A stretch of 64,000 bases of DNA. It comes from Rikenellaceae bacterium (GTDB lineage Bacteria; Bacteroidota; Bacteroidia; Bacteroidales; Rikenellaceae). The DNA lies in assembly GCA_015059945.1 (NCBI GenBank), contig SUZJ01000004.1, positions 8,646 through 72,645 of the forward strand, written 5' to 3'. Position 1 is the first letter of the stretch. Every line of letters begins with the position of its first letter. This document shows, piece by piece, positions 38,608-50,287 of the stretch. The position numbers were made by a program, and so were the translations under genes. Below the pieces are notes generated by a model that saw only the letters and a program-made list of their open reading frames with translations, did no database searches and was not told the origin of the DNA.

Positions 38608-39321
38608 ATGAAACAATTGGAGATGCTCTATGAGGGCAAGGCAAAACAGGTTTACGCAACTGACGAGGCAGACAAAGTGATTATCCACTACAAGGATGCA
38701 GCAACTGCCTTCAACAATATCAAAAAGGCAACCATTGCCAACAAGGGTGTGCTGAACAACGAGATTTCGACCATCATCTTCCACAAACTCAAAGAGGCAG
38801 GTATTCCTACCCACTACATCGAGACTCTGAACGAGCGCGACCAGGTTTGCTTGAAGGTGTCGATTGTACCTCTGGAGGTTATCGTGCGCAATGTTATTGC
38901 CGGCTCGATGGCCAAACGTCTCGGCATCGAGGAGGGTACCCAGGCCCCCAACACCATCTTTGAGATTTGCTACAAGGATGACGCACTGGGCGATCCACTG
39001 ATTAACGACCACCACGCTGTGGCTCTGGGCGCTGCTACCTACGAGGAGTTGGCCGAGATTTACGACCTGACGGCTCGTATCAACAAGGTGCTGATCGATA
39101 TGTTCGCACAGGTTAACATCCGCCTGATAGACTTCAAGATTGAGTTTGGTAAGACCGCCGATGGCAAGATTGTGCTGGCCGACGAGATTAGCCCCGACAC
39201 CTGCCGCCTGTGGGACGCTTCGACCAACGAGAAGCTCGACAAAGACCGCTTCCGCAGGGATATGGGCAAGGTGATTGAGGCTTATGAGGAGATTAACTCG
39301 CGCCTTAACAGCATCAAATAA
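38608..39321 (+). CDS. purC: phosphoribosylaminoimidazole-succinocarboxamide (SAICAR) synthase
   Basis: 237 aa. [10 protein letters not shown] and LIDFKIEFG...[14 protein letters not shown]. Confidence 0.95.
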   Translation: MKQLEMLYEGKAKQVYATDEADKVIIHYKDAATAFNNIKKATIANKGVLNNEISTIIFHKLKEAGIPTHYIETLNERDQVCLKVSIVPLEVIVRNVIAGSMAKRLGIEEGTQAPNTIFEICYKDDALGDPLINDHHAVALGAATYEELAEIYDLTARINKVLIDMFAQVNIRLIDFKIEFGKTADGKIVLADEISPDTCRLWDASTNEKLDKDRFRRDMGKVIEAYEEINSRLNSIK

Positions 39322-39356
39322 CGATACACCTATTATAATTTATAATAATTACTCTG

Positions 39357-40802
39357 ATGGAGAACTGCTCTAAAATATGTAAGCTCCACAAATTGGGCGA
39401 AGAGTGTGGCGTATTTGGCATTTATGGCTCTGACGAGGCGGCCAACATTGCCTACTATGGCCTGCACGCCCTGCAACACCGAGGCCAAGAGGGTTGTGGT
39501 ATAGTTAGCGCAAGCCAGCAAGGGGGCTTGAGGTATGTCAAAGGCCCAGGACTGGTGAATAATGTAATTAACGAGGAGAACTTGGCAAGGCTCGACGGTA
39601 CAATCGCTGTGGGCCAAGTGCTCTATACCACTGCTGGTGGTGGCGGAGTGGAGAATATCCAACCCATCGTGTTTCGTCACGGTACGGGCGACTTTGCCAT
39701 TTCGTACAACGGTAACTTGGTCAATGCTGGCAGGCTGCGTAAGTATCTCGAAGACAAGGGAAGTCTGTTTTTGACCACCTCGGACTGCGAGATTATTGCC
39801 AACCTGATAAAGAAAGATGCCGCACAAGCCCATAGGGATAGGATTCACTCGATTATAGAGGCGCTGAATATGATGGAGGGTGCCTTCGCCTTCTTGATTA
39901 TGACCGAAAATCGCATCTACGCTTGCCGCGACAAGTATGGCTTGAAGCCTCTGTCGCTCGGCAGGTTGAAAGATGGTGCGTGGGTGGTAGCAAGCGAGAC
40001 TTGTGCCTTTGAGGTTATTGGTGCCGACTTTGTGAGGGATGTCGAACCTGGCGAGATTGTGACTATCGACCACCACGGCCTTAGGACCAACCACTTCTCG
40101 GCCTACAAGCACTACAAGATGTGCTCGATGGAGTATATCTATTTTGCCCGCCCCGATAGCGACATTGACGGCTGCAACGTACACGCTTTCAGGAAAGAGA
40201 GCGGCAAACTACTCTACAAAGAGTCGCCCGTTGAGGCCGACATTGTAATCGGTGTGCCCGACTCGAGCCTCAGTGCAGCCATTGGCTATGCCGAGGCAAG
40301 TGGCATCCCCTACGAGATGGGCTTGGTAAAGAGCAAGTATGTTGCTCGCACCTTCATCCAGCCCTCGCAGGCTATGAGAGAGAAGGGTGTGAGGATGAAA
40401 CTGTCGGCCGTGAGAAGTATCGTAGGCGGCAAGAGGGTAGTGATGGTAGACGACTCGATTGTGAGGGGTACAACCTCCAAGCGCATCGTCAGACTGCTCA
40501 AAGAGGCTGGTGCTACCGAGGTGCACGTCAGGATTGGCTCGCCCGCAATGCACCACCCCTGCTACTATGGTGTGGACACTTCGACATACGAGGAGCTCAT
40601 ATCGGCAAGACTCAATGTCGAGCAGGTGAGGGAGTATATAGGGGCCGACTCGTTGGCCTTCCTCTCGACCGAGTCTCTGATGAAGTCGGGTGGCAGGAGC
40701 GAGATGTGTATGGCTTGCTTCGACGGCAACTACCCCACAGACCTCTACCAGACCGACGAGGAGAAGTCGCTCTACAAGCGTTATCAGATAAAAGTTAAAT
40801 AG
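39357..40802 (+). CDS. purF: amidophosphoribosyltransferase (Ntn type with propeptide and Fe-S cluster cysteines)
   Basis: 481 aa. The CGVFGIYG nucleophile follows a roughly 16-aa leader. PRPP motif VVMVDDSIVRGTT and C-terminal CMACFDGNYP. Confidence 0.95.
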   Translation: MENCSKICKLHKLGEECGVFGIYGSDEAANIAYYGLHALQHRGQEGCGIVSASQQGGLRYVKGPGLVNNVINEENLARLDGTIAVGQVLYTTAGGGGVENIQPIVFRHGTGDFAISYNGNLVNAGRLRKYLEDKGSLFLTTSDCEIIANLIKKDAAQAHRDRIHSIIEALNMMEGAFAFLIMTENRIYACRDKYGLKPLSLGRLKDGAWVVASETCAFEVIGADFVRDVEPGEIVTIDHHGLRTNHFSAYKHYKMCSMEYIYFARPDSDIDGCNVHAFRKESGKLLYKESPVEADIVIGVPDSSLSAAIGYAEASGIPYEMGLVKSKYVARTFIQPSQAMREKGVRMKLSAVRSIVGGKRVVMVDDSIVRGTTSKRIVRLLKEAGATEVHVRIGSPAMHHPCYYGVDTSTYEELISARLNVEQVREYIGADSLAFLSTESLMKSGGRSEMCMACFDGNYPTDLYQTDEEKSLYKRYQIKVK

Positions 40803-40839
40803 GCCACCACAGAGGCCACAAAGAGAGATAAAAGATTAA

Positions 40840-41865
40840 ATGGCAAAGAGTTATGAGGCTTCGGGTGTAAATCTCGAGGCAGGCTACGAGGTTGTAAGCC
40901 GAATTAAGAAACACGTTTCATCGACCGTTCGCAGCGGTTCGATGGGCAATATTGGCTCGTTTGGCGGTATGTTCGACTTGGGCTCGCTGGGCTACAAACA
41001 CCCCGTACTGGTTAGCGGTACCGATGGCGTGGGTACTAAACTGAAAATCGCCTTTGCGATGGACAAACACGACACCATTGGCATTGATGCTGTGGCTATG
41101 TGCGTAAACGACGTGCTGGCCCAGGGTGCCGAGCCACTCCTCTTCCTCGACTATGTGGCTGTGGGCAAGAACCACCCCGAGGTGGTCGAGGCCATTGTGG
41201 CAGGCGTTGCCGAGGGTTGCCGTCAGGCAGGTTGCGCACTTGTAGGTGGCGAGACTGCCGAGATGCCTGGTATGTATGGCGAGGGCGAGTATGACATCGC
41301 AGGCTTTACTGTGGGCGCAGTGGAGAAAGATAGGCTTATCGACTGCTCTAAGGTGGCAGTGGGCGACGTGTTGGTGGCTATCGCATCGAGCGGTGTTCAC
41401 TCCAACGGATTTAGTCTGGTGCGTAAGGTGGTGAGCGATAATAACCTCGATTTTGGCCAGAAGTATGAGCTCACAGGCGAGCAGACTCTGGGCGAGATGC
41501 TGCTGACCCCCACCAAGATTTATATCAAGCAGGTACACAAGGTGTTGGCCGAGGTAGATGTGCACGGCATTGCCCACATTACCGGTGGTGGTTTTGACGA
41601 GAACATCCCCCGTATCTTGAAGGAAGGTCAGGGCGTAGAGGTCAAAGAGGGTAGCTGGGAGATACTGCCCGTATTCCGCCTGTTGGAGCAGTATGGTGGT
41701 ATTCCTCACCGCGAGATGTTCAACATCTTCAATATGGGTGTGGGTATGGTACTGGCCGTCAATGAGGCCGATGCTCAGAGGGTTGTAGAGATTCTGACCG
41801 AGTGCGGCGAGAGGGCCAGCGTTATTGGCCGCATCGTCGAGGGCGAGGGCGTAACCATTTTGTAA
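40840..41865 (+). CDS. purM: phosphoribosylformylglycinamidine cyclo-ligase (AIR synthase)
   Basis: 341 aa. [23 protein letters not shown], and DYVAVGK. Confidence 0.95.
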   Translation: MAKSYEASGVNLEAGYEVVSRIKKHVSSTVRSGSMGNIGSFGGMFDLGSLGYKHPVLVSGTDGVGTKLKIAFAMDKHDTIGIDAVAMCVNDVLAQGAEPLLFLDYVAVGKNHPEVVEAIVAGVAEGCRQAGCALVGGETAEMPGMYGEGEYDIAGFTVGAVEKDRLIDCSKVAVGDVLVAIASSGVHSNGFSLVRKVVSDNNLDFGQKYELTGEQTLGEMLLTPTKIYIKQVHKVLAEVDVHGIAHITGGGFDENIPRILKEGQGVEVKEGSWEILPVFRLLEQYGGIPHREMFNIFNMGVGMVLAVNEADAQRVVEILTECGERASVIGRIVEGEGVTIL

Positions 41866-41880
41866 TAAGACCGATTGAGA

Positions 41881-42441
41881 ATGAAAAAGTTAGCCATATT
41901 TGCGAGTGGCAATGGTAGCAACTTCGAGGCTCTGGCGGCAGCTTGTACCGAGGGCAGAATTGATGCCGAAGTGGCCTTGTGCGTGTGCGACAAGGCGGGC
42001 GCCTATGTGATTGAGAGGGCTACCAAGTATGGGGTAGAGGTGTTGGTTTTCAACCCCAAGGAGTACGGCTCGAAGGCCGAGTATGAGAGACTGGTGGCCG
42101 ATAGGATGGATACACTGGGCATAGACTTGGTCTGCTTGGCAGGCTATATGCGCATTGTGGGCGACGAACTGCTGGGGCGCTACGGGGGCAAGATTGTGAA
42201 CATCCATCCCTCGCTGCTGCCCGCATTTGTGGGTGCCCACGCCATACAAGATGCCTTTGACTATGGTGTAAAGGTCTTTGGTGTTACGATTCACTATGTA
42301 GACCAAACCTTAGATGGCGGCAAGATTATCTCGCAAGTGGCAGTGCCCTATGAGGGTGGCGATATAGAGGAGTTGGAGGCTATGATTCACAAGGCCGAGC
42401 ACCGACTCTATGTCGATACGGTAAATAAACTGATAGAATAA
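41881..42441 (+). CDS. purN: phosphoribosylglycinamide formyltransferase
   Basis: The listed ORF 41875 (TTG) was trimmed to the ATG at 41881 (MKKLAIFASGNGSNFEAL). Also has NIHPSLLPAF and GVTIHYVDQTLDGG. Confidence 0.9.
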   Translation: MKKLAIFASGNGSNFEALAAACTEGRIDAEVALCVCDKAGAYVIERATKYGVEVLVFNPKEYGSKAEYERLVADRMDTLGIDLVCLAGYMRIVGDELLGRYGGKIVNIHPSLLPAFVGAHAIQDAFDYGVKVFGVTIHYVDQTLDGGKIISQVAVPYEGGDIEELEAMIHKAEHRLYVDTVNKLIE

Positions 42442-42465
42442 GTGAAGAAATAGAAGTAATTAGAT

Positions 42466-43995
42466 ATGAGAGCATTAGTTAGTGTTAGCGACAAGAGGGG
42501 AGTGGTGGAGTTTGCTACCGCCCTGAAAGAGTTGGGTTGGGAGATTATAGCCACAGGTGGCACTATGACCACCCTGAGGGCTGCTGGGTTGGAGATTACC
42601 AACATTAGCGACGTTACGGGCTTCCCCGAAATTTGCGAGGGCCGAGTTAAGACCCTGCACCCCAAAGTGCACGGTGGTCTGTTGGCCCGTAGAGATAGTG
42701 CCGACCATATGGCACAGTTGGCCGAGAATGGCATCGAAACTATTGATATGGTGTGCGTAAACCTCTATCCCTTTGAGGCTACCATTGCCAAAGAGGGCGT
42801 TACTATGGAGGACGCTGTGGAGAATATCGACATTGGTGGCCCCTCGATGTTGCGCAGTGCCGCAAAGAACTTCGCTTCGGTGAGCGTGGTGTGCGACCCC
42901 AACGACTACGAGACTGTGCTGGCCGAGATTAGGGCCGAGGGCAACACCAAGCCAGAAACAAGGCTCAAACTGTCGGCAAAGGCCTACACTCACACCGCTC
43001 TCTATGACAGCCACATCGCTACCTATATGCGCAAGGCTGCAGGACTGGATGAAAAGTTGTTCCTCTCGTTTGATGCAATCCAGACCCTGCGCTATGGCGA
43101 GAACCCCCACCAGCAGGCCAAGTTCTATCGCTCGAACAACGAGGTGGCCTACTCGGTGGCTTATGCTAAGCAGTTGGGTGGCAAGGAGTTGTCGTATAAC
43201 AATATTCAGGATGCCAACGCTGCACTGAGCATTGTAAGGGAGTTCGACGAGCCCTTCTGCGTGGGCCTCAAACATATGAACCCCTGTGGCGCTGCTGTGG
43301 GCAAAGACCTCAAAGAGGCTTGGGTTAAGGCTTACGAGGCCGACAAGGTGAGCATCTATGGCGGTATTGTGGCTATGAATAGGCCCCTGACTGCCGAGGT
43401 TGCTACGCTGATGAAACCCATATTCTTGGAGATTGTTATGGCTCCCGCATTTGAGCCCGAGGCATTGGAGGTACTGGCATCGAAGAAGAATCTGCGACTG
43501 CTGGAGGTGAAGATGAATGGCCAGAAAGAGCCTCAGCCCCAGTATGTTGGTGTGGCAGGTGGTCTGCTCGTTCAGGATGCCGATGTGAATTGCCTCGAGG
43601 TGGTGGCCGATATGTGCGTAACTGAGCGCAAGCCTTCGGCCGAGGAATTGGTAGATATGAACTTCGGCTGGAGGGTTGTCAAACACGTCAAGTCTAACGC
43701 CATTGTTGTCGTTAAAGACGGCGCTACACTGGGCGTGGGCGCAGGTCAGATGAACCGCGTGGGCTCGGCCGAGATTGCTCTCAATCAGGCTAAGGCCGCA
43801 GGCGCTACCGAGGGATTGGTGCTCGCTTCGGACGGCTTCTTGCCCTTCGACGACACCGTAGAGTTGGCCTCGAAGTATGGCGTGGTAGCTATCGTTCAGC
43901 CCGGTGGCAGCATTAGGGATGAGGATGCCATCAAGAAGGCAAACGAGAAGGGTATCACAATGCTCTTTACGGGTATGCGCCACTTTAAGCATTAG
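42466..43995 (+). CDS. purH: bifunctional AICAR transformylase / IMP cyclohydrolase
   Basis: 509 aa. ALVSVSDKRGVVEFA, GRVKTLHPKVHGG, and QPGGSIRD. Confidence 0.95.
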   Translation: MRALVSVSDKRGVVEFATALKELGWEIIATGGTMTTLRAAGLEITNISDVTGFPEICEGRVKTLHPKVHGGLLARRDSADHMAQLAENGIETIDMVCVNLYPFEATIAKEGVTMEDAVENIDIGGPSMLRSAAKNFASVSVVCDPNDYETVLAEIRAEGNTKPETRLKLSAKAYTHTALYDSHIATYMRKAAGLDEKLFLSFDAIQTLRYGENPHQQAKFYRSNNEVAYSVAYAKQLGGKELSYNNIQDANAALSIVREFDEPFCVGLKHMNPCGAAVGKDLKEAWVKAYEADKVSIYGGIVAMNRPLTAEVATLMKPIFLEIVMAPAFEPEALEVLASKKNLRLLEVKMNGQKEPQPQYVGVAGGLLVQDADVNCLEVVADMCVTERKPSAEELVDMNFGWRVVKHVKSNAIVVVKDGATLGVGAGQMNRVGSAEIALNQAKAAGATEGLVLASDGFLPFDDTVELASKYGVVAIVQPGGSIRDEDAIKKANEKGITMLFTGMRHFKH

Positions 43996-44019
43996 AGAGA
44001 AAGAACAATAGATAACTAT

Positions 44020-45276
44020 ATGAAAAATAAACGAGTACTTGTTGTGGGTAGCGGTGGTAGGTGCCACGCGATTGTGGATGCCTTGAGCCGCTCGCCACAG
44101 GTAGAGAAGATATATTGCGCACCTGGCAATGCGGGTATTGCAGCCCAGGCCGAGTGTGTGGCCATTGGGGTTACCGATGTGGAGGCTCTGGTGGCCTTTG
44201 CGAAGGAGCACCAGATTGATATGACCGTAGTAGGCCCCGAGGCTGCGCTGGCTGTAGGTATCGTAAACCGTTTCGAGGAGTGTGGCTTGAAAGCCTTTGG
44301 CCCCACCAAAGAGGCTGCCCAGATTGAGAGTAGCAAGGAGTTTGCTAAGAGGTTGATGGCTAAGTATGGTATTCCGACGGCTGGCTATGAGGCTTTTGAT
44401 AGCTACGAGGCTGCGTGGGAGTATGTAAAGGGGCGACCTCTGCCAGCGGTAATCAAGTACGACGGCCTGGCCGCAGGTAAGGGCGTTGTGGTGGCCGAGA
44501 GCTACGACCAAGCCAATGAGGCTCTGCGAGATATGCTGCTCGACGAGAGCTTTGGCAAAGGCAGGGTAGTGGTAGAGGATTTTCTCGACGGCCCCGAGTT
44601 CTCGTTTATGTGCGTAGTGTCGGGCCAGAGGGTGTATCCACTGGCTATGGCCCAAGACCACAAGCGCGCCTACGATGGCGACAAGGGCCCTAATACGGGA
44701 GGTATGGGTGCCTATTCGCCAGTACCCTTTGTAACCGAAGAAGTTGAGCGTGTGGCACTTGAAGAGATTATGAAACCTACGGCTGCGGCATTGGTGGCCG
44801 AGGGCGTACCCTTCTGCGGAGTGCTCTATGGCGGCCTTATACTGACCACCGATGGCCCCAAGGTGATTGAGTTCAATGCCCGATTTGGCGACCCCGAGAC
44901 CGAGGTGGTACTGCCCCGACTCGAAAGCGACATATACGAGCTGTTTGACGCCGCCATTGAGGGGCGCGAACACCAGACTAAGTGGAGCGACAAGGCCTAC
45001 TTGGGCGTAGTGATGGCATCGAAGGGCTACCCGGGTAGCTATGCCAAAGGCGCAGTGATAGGTGTCTTGGATAAGGTTGAGTCGCACATATATCATATGG
45101 GCACAGGACGCAATGCCGAGGGCAAGTTGGTAACTGCCGGCGGTAGGGTACTTATGGTTGTGGGTAGCGGTGCTACTCTGGCCGAGGCCCACGCTAAGGC
45201 TATGGCCGATGTGGCAAGGGTAGAGTGCACAGAGCTCTTTTGCCGTAGCGATATTGGACATAAAGTATTGGATTAA
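44020..45276 (+). CDS. purD: phosphoribosylamine-glycine ligase
   Basis: 418 aa. VLVVGSGGRCHAI, PGNAG, and ATP-grasp features (VIKYDGLAAGKGV; EFNARFGDPE). Confidence 0.95.
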   Translation: MKNKRVLVVGSGGRCHAIVDALSRSPQVEKIYCAPGNAGIAAQAECVAIGVTDVEALVAFAKEHQIDMTVVGPEAALAVGIVNRFEECGLKAFGPTKEAAQIESSKEFAKRLMAKYGIPTAGYEAFDSYEAAWEYVKGRPLPAVIKYDGLAAGKGVVVAESYDQANEALRDMLLDESFGKGRVVVEDFLDGPEFSFMCVVSGQRVYPLAMAQDHKRAYDGDKGPNTGGMGAYSPVPFVTEEVERVALEEIMKPTAAALVAEGVPFCGVLYGGLILTTDGPKVIEFNARFGDPETEVVLPRLESDIYELFDAAIEGREHQTKWSDKAYLGVVMASKGYPGSYAKGAVIGVLDKVESHIYHMGTGRNAEGKLVTAGGRVLMVVGSGATLAEAHAKAMADVARVECTELFCRSDIGHKVLD

Positions 45277-45295
45277 CTAAAACGATTTATATAGT

Positions 45296-46147
45296 ATGAT
45301 TATCAGCGGAACAGAGCTTGCAAAAGAGATAAAGCAAGATGTTGCAAAGCGAGTGGCCGAATACAAGGTTGAGTATGGTCGCGAGCCCCACTTGGTGGTG
45401 ATTTTGGTGGGCGAAAATCCCGCCAGCGTGTCCTATGTTACGGGCAAGGCCAAAGACTCGGCCGAGGTGGGCTTTAAGAATACCACCATCCGCAAGCCCG
45501 ACACCATCAGCGAGGCCGAACTGATTGAGTTGATTGGCCAACTGAACGAGGATAGGTCGGTAGACGGCATTTTGGTACAACTTCCACTACCCAAGCACAT
45601 TAGCGAGGAGAAGGTGATTGAGGCTATCAACAAAGAGAAAGATGTAGACGGCTTTCACCCCCTGAATGTGGCCTCGCTGTGGCAAAAGTTGCCTTGCCTG
45701 CTGCCCTGCACCCCAAAGGGTATCATAAAACTGCTTGACAAGGCGGGTGTGGAGATTGCAGGCAAGAAGGCCGTAGTGATTGGCCGTAGCAACATTGTGG
45801 GTCTGCCCGTAGCCAAGTTGCTGCTTGACCGCAATGCTACCGTTACCATTGCCCACAGCCGTACTCAGAACTTGGCCGAGGTTACTCGCCAGGCCGATAT
45901 TTTGGTTGTGGCCATTGGTAGGGCCAAGTTCGTTACGGCCGATATGGTGGGCGAGGGCGCTGCTGTGATTGACGTGGGCGTGAACCGCGACCCCGAGAGC
46001 GGCAAACTGTGTGGCGACGTGGACTTTGAGGCTTGCAAAGACAAGGCTTCGGTCATTACCCCCGTACCTGGTGGCGTAGGCCCTATGACCAGGGCTTGCC
46101 TGATGGAGAATACAATAGAGTGTTACCTTAACAATATCAAAAAGTAG
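45296..46147 (+). CDS. folD: bifunctional methylenetetrahydrofolate dehydrogenase / methenyl-THF cyclohydrolase
   Basis: 283 aa. GILVQLPLPKHI, DVDGFHPLN, VIGRSNIVGLP, and PVPGGVGPMT. Confidence 0.95.
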   Translation: MIISGTELAKEIKQDVAKRVAEYKVEYGREPHLVVILVGENPASVSYVTGKAKDSAEVGFKNTTIRKPDTISEAELIELIGQLNEDRSVDGILVQLPLPKHISEEKVIEAINKEKDVDGFHPLNVASLWQKLPCLLPCTPKGIIKLLDKAGVEIAGKKAVVIGRSNIVGLPVAKLLLDRNATVTIAHSRTQNLAEVTRQADILVVAIGRAKFVTADMVGEGAAVIDVGVNRDPESGKLCGDVDFEACKDKASVITPVPGGVGPMTRACLMENTIECYLNNIKK

Positions 46148-46154
46148 GATATAT

Positions 46155-47456
46155 ATGATTGAGAGATATGGGCGCGAGGTTATGCGCCAAGTTTGGACCG
46201 AGGAGAATAAGTTTAATGCCTATCTGAAAGTAGAGCTGTTGGCAGCCGAGGCTTGGTGCGAGTTGGGCGTGGTGCCCCGCGAGGATGTAGAGAAACTCAA
46301 TGCCAAGGCTACCTTCAACATCGACCGCATCAAAGAGATCGAGTTGCAGACTCGCCACGACATCGTGGCCTTCACCCGTGCAGTGAGCGAGTCGCTGGGC
46401 GAGGAGCGCAAGTGGGTACACTATGGACTGACAAGTACCGACGTGGTAGATACCGCCAATGGCTATCTGTTCAGCCAAGCCAACAAGATTCTGGCCGAGG
46501 ACTTGGCAAAGTTCAAAGAGGTGCTGCGCAAGCAGGCTATTAAATATAAGTACACCCCCTGCATTGGTCGTACTCACGGTATCCACGCCGACATCACCTC
46601 GTTTGGCCTCAAATGGGTGCTCTGGTATGAGGAGATGAGGCGCAACATCGAGCGCTTTGAGGCTGCTGCGCGTGGCGTAGAGGTGGGCAAGATTAGCGGT
46701 GCTGTGGGCAACTTTGCAAACATTCCCCCATTTGTGCAAGACTTTGTGTGCGAGAAGCTTGGTATCGACAGCGCAAACGTATCGACTCAGGTTATCCAGC
46801 GCGACCGCCACGCCTACTATATGGCCACCCTGGCCGTTATTGGTGCCAGCTTGGAGCAGATGGCAATGGAGGTGAGGAGCTTGCAGCGTACCGAGGTACA
46901 CGAGGTCGAGGAGGCCTTTGGTAAGGGCCAGAAGGGTTCGAGCGCAATGCCCCACAAACGCAACCCCATCAGTAGTGAGAATATCTGTGGCTGTGCAAGG
47001 GTACTGAGGGGTTATATGGCTACCGCCTATGAGAATGTGGCTCTGTGGCACGAGAGAGATATCTCGCACTCGGCAACCGAGCGTATCATTATGCCCGATG
47101 CAACCATCCTGCTGGACTATATGCTCAACCGTATGATGGGCATCTTGGAGAACTTGGTGGTATTCGACGAGCAGATGAAGGCCAACATCTACCGCACCAA
47201 TGGCGTAATCTTTGCCCAGAGGGTTATGAACGCCCTGATTGACAAGGGCTTTGCAAGGGAGAAAGCCTACGACACCGTACAGCCCGTAGCTATGAAGGCT
47301 ATGAGCATCGGCGCAAGCTATCAGGAGCTACTCAAAGAGGAGCCTACGGTTATGGCTACTCTGACTGCCGAGGAGCTCGATGGCTGTTTCACGCTCGAAT
47401 ACTATATGAAAAACGTAGACTATATTTACAAACGCAATAAAATTGAGGAGGAGTAG
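46155..47456 (+). CDS. purB: adenylosuccinate lyase
   Basis: 433 aa. GLTSTDVVDT and the fumarate-lyase signature GSSAMPHKRNP. Confidence 0.95.
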   Translation: MIERYGREVMRQVWTEENKFNAYLKVELLAAEAWCELGVVPREDVEKLNAKATFNIDRIKEIELQTRHDIVAFTRAVSESLGEERKWVHYGLTSTDVVDTANGYLFSQANKILAEDLAKFKEVLRKQAIKYKYTPCIGRTHGIHADITSFGLKWVLWYEEMRRNIERFEAAARGVEVGKISGAVGNFANIPPFVQDFVCEKLGIDSANVSTQVIQRDRHAYYMATLAVIGASLEQMAMEVRSLQRTEVHEVEEAFGKGQKGSSAMPHKRNPISSENICGCARVLRGYMATAYENVALWHERDISHSATERIIMPDATILLDYMLNRMMGILENLVVFDEQMKANIYRTNGVIFAQRVMNALIDKGFAREKAYDTVQPVAMKAMSIGASYQELLKEEPTVMATLTAEELDGCFTLEYYMKNVDYIYKRNKIEEE

Positions 47457-47465
47457 AGAGAGGTT

Positions 47466-48758
47466 ATGTCAGAAAGATTAGTAGTTATAGGCTCGCAATG
47501 GGGCGACGAGGGCAAAGGTAAGATTACCGACTATTTTGCCTGCAAGGCCGATATGGTAGTGCGCTACCAGGGTGGCAACAACGCAGGCCACACAGTGGTA
47601 TTCGACGGCCACAAGTACTCGTTGCAGAGCATCCCTTCGGGTATTTTCAACCCCAAGACTGTGAATGTAATGGCCAACGGTATGGTGGTAAACCCCGTAT
47701 CGGTGTTGGCCGAGTTGGAGAAGCTCCACGCACAAGGCATCACCGACTATCAGCTCTACATCTCCGACCGAGCAGCCGTAGTGATGCCCTACCACGCAGC
47801 CCTCGACGGAGCTTACGAGGCTCTGAAGGGCGGTGCGCAGATTGGTACCACCAAGAAGGGCATCGGTCCCGCTTATGCCGACAAGTATAGCCGCATAGGT
47901 ATCCGTATGGGCGACCTGCTGGACAAAGAGTACTTTGCCGAGCGCCTGGCTGCCGCTGTGGAGATTAAGAATATGGAGCTGAAGATGCTGGGGCTCGAAA
48001 CCTTTGAGTTTGAGGCGCTCTACAACCAGTATATGGAGATTGCCGAGAAGATTGGCCCAATGATTTGCGATACATCGGCACTGATTAACGAGGCTCTGGA
48101 GAGCGACAAGAAGGTGCTCTTTGAGGGCGCACAAGGTATGATGCTTTGTATCGACCACGGCACCTATCCCTATGTTACCTCGTCTACTCCCTCATCGGCA
48201 AGTGTGCCTGTGGGTGCAGGCGTGTCGCCCAAGTGGATTGATAATGTGCTGGGCGTAGCCAAAGCATACTGCACAAGGGTGGGCGAGGGCCCATTCCCCA
48301 CCGAGCTGTTCGACAGCAGGGCCGAGGAGATTAGAGAGCGTGGCCACGAGTACGGCACCGTTACCGGCCGTCCCCGCAGGGTGGGTTGGTTCGATGCTGT
48401 GGTTGCGCGCTACACTGCCAAACTGGCCGGCATCGACAACTGGGCTCTGATGCTGTTCGACGTGCTGTCGGGCCTCGACAAGGTGTGCATCTGCACCGGC
48501 TACGAGTGCGACGGCAAGATTATCAACAATCCCCCTGCAACCATCAGCCAGCTGGCTCGTTGCAAGCCTGTGTTGATTGAGTTGGAGGGTTGGAAAGAGG
48601 ATATCTCTGACGTTAAAGAGTTTGACCAGCTGCCCGAGGCCGCTAAGGCTTATGTGCGCAAGGTCGAGGAAGTTACGGGTGTGAAGGTAGGCATCATTTC
48701 GGTTGGTGCCGACCGTAGCAAGACCATTATTATCGATGAGAAGTTGAAGAATTTTTAA
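47466..48758 (+). CDS. purA: adenylosuccinate synthase
   Basis: 430 aa. [12 protein letters not shown]-loop, [19 protein letters not shown], and [11 protein letters not shown]. Confidence 0.95.
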   Translation: MSERLVVIGSQWGDEGKGKITDYFACKADMVVRYQGGNNAGHTVVFDGHKYSLQSIPSGIFNPKTVNVMANGMVVNPVSVLAELEKLHAQGITDYQLYISDRAAVVMPYHAALDGAYEALKGGAQIGTTKKGIGPAYADKYSRIGIRMGDLLDKEYFAERLAAAVEIKNMELKMLGLETFEFEALYNQYMEIAEKIGPMICDTSALINEALESDKKVLFEGAQGMMLCIDHGTYPYVTSSTPSSASVPVGAGVSPKWIDNVLGVAKAYCTRVGEGPFPTELFDSRAEEIRERGHEYGTVTGRPRRVGWFDAVVARYTAKLAGIDNWALMLFDVLSGLDKVCICTGYECDGKIINNPPATISQLARCKPVLIELEGWKEDISDVKEFDQLPEAAKAYVRKVEEVTGVKVGIISVGADRSKTIIIDEKLKNF

Positions 48759-48772
48759 TACCTTATAATACT

Positions 48773-50245
48773 ATGTCGTTTATTGAAGAGAAAATTGCAC
48801 AAGAGGGTATGACCTTTGACGATGTGTTGCTCATTCCTGCATACTCGGAGGTAACCCCCAATATGGTTTCGGTAGAGAGCCGCTTTTCGCGTAACATCCG
48901 ACTCAACATTCCCATCGTGTCGGCTGCTATGGATACCGTAACCGAGGCCGATATGGCTATCGCTATTGCCCGTCAGGGCGGTATCGGCGTGGTACACAAG
49001 AATATGTCTATTGCTGCTCAGGCTGCTCAGGTGCGCAAGGTTAAACGTGCCGAGAGTGGTATGATTTACGACCCTGTGACCATCTCGAAAGAGGAGAACG
49101 TGGGCGATGCTCTGCGACTGATGAAGGAGAACCACATTGGCGGTATCCCCGTAGTGGATGGCGAGCGCAGGTTGCTCGGTATCGTAACTAACCGCGACCT
49201 GAGGTTCCAAACCGATATGAGCTTGAAGATCGAGAAGGTGATGACCTGCGAAAATCTGGTTACCACCACCAATCCCGACCTGGCAGAGGCTTCGCAGATT
49301 CTGTTGCAGCACAAAATCGAGAAATTGCCCGTTGTAGACCAAGACAACAAGCTGGTGGGCCTGATTACCTATCGCGATATTACCAAGATTCAGGACTATC
49401 CAAACGCTTGTAAGGACGACAAGGGTAGGCTGCGCGTAGCAGCAGGTGTGGGCGTAACGAGCGACACCCTCAAACGTGTAGAGGCTCTGGTCGAGGCCGG
49501 TGTAGATGCAGTGGTTATCGACACCGCTCACGGCCACTCGGCCAATGTGACCAACACTCTGAAGGCCGTTAAGGCTGCCTTCCCCCAGATTGATGTGCTG
49601 GTAGGCAACATTGCTACTGCCGAGGCTGCCGAGTATCTGATTAAGGCAGGTGCTGACGGCATTAAGGTAGGTATTGGCCCTGGCTCGATTTGCACTACCC
49701 GTATCGTTGCTGGCGTGGGCGTACCCCAGTTGAGCGCCATTTTCAACGCTGCCAAAGTGGCTCACCAGTACGGTGTTCCTGTGATTGCCGATGGTGGTCT
49801 GCGCTACTCGGGCGACGTAGTGAAAGCTCTGGCTGCAGGTGGCGACTCGGTGATGATGGGCTCGATGCTGGCAGGTGTAGAGGAGTCGCCAGGCGAAACC
49901 ATCATCTACAACGGCCGTAAGTTCAAGGCCTATCGCGGTATGGGCTCGATTGAGGCAATGCAGGCCGGCTCGAAAGACCGCTACTTCCAGTCGGAGCAGT
50001 GCGACTCAAGCAAGTTTGTACCCGAGGGTATTGTGGCGAGGGTTCCCTACAAAGGTACACTGAGCGAAACCATCTACCAGCTCATTGGCGGTCTGCGCTC
50101 GGGTATGGGCTACTGCGGTGCCAAAGACATTGATGCTCTGCACGAGGCCAAATTTGTGCGCATCACCTCGGCTGCTGTGGTTGAGAACCACCCCCACGAT
50201 GTAACCATCACCAAGGAGGCCCCCAACTACACTCGCGGCGAGTAA
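48773..50245 (+). CDS. guaB: IMP dehydrogenase
   Basis: 490 aa. [10 protein letters not shown], a CBS pair, catalytic [10 protein letters not shown], and GSMLAG. Confidence 0.95.
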   Translation: MSFIEEKIAQEGMTFDDVLLIPAYSEVTPNMVSVESRFSRNIRLNIPIVSAAMDTVTEADMAIAIARQGGIGVVHKNMSIAAQAAQVRKVKRAESGMIYDPVTISKEENVGDALRLMKENHIGGIPVVDGERRLLGIVTNRDLRFQTDMSLKIEKVMTCENLVTTTNPDLAEASQILLQHKIEKLPVVDQDNKLVGLITYRDITKIQDYPNACKDDKGRLRVAAGVGVTSDTLKRVEALVEAGVDAVVIDTAHGHSANVTNTLKAVKAAFPQIDVLVGNIATAEAAEYLIKAGADGIKVGIGPGSICTTRIVAGVGVPQLSAIFNAAKVAHQYGVPVIADGGLRYSGDVVKALAAGGDSVMMGSMLAGVEESPGETIIYNGRKFKAYRGMGSIEAMQAGSKDRYFQSEQCDSSKFVPEGIVARVPYKGTLSETIYQLIGGLRSGMGYCGAKDIDALHEAKFVRITSAAVVENHPHDVTITKEAPNYTRGE

Positions 50246-50287
50246 GATAAATTGAAGGTTAGTTAAATAATTATAATATAGAGATTT

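Noticed and set aside
42475-45261. 928-aa minus-strand ORF spanning the antisense of purH and purD
   Set aside because: This is the same artefact as above. It crosses an intergenic spacer between two well-supported + strand genes and has no recognisable domains.
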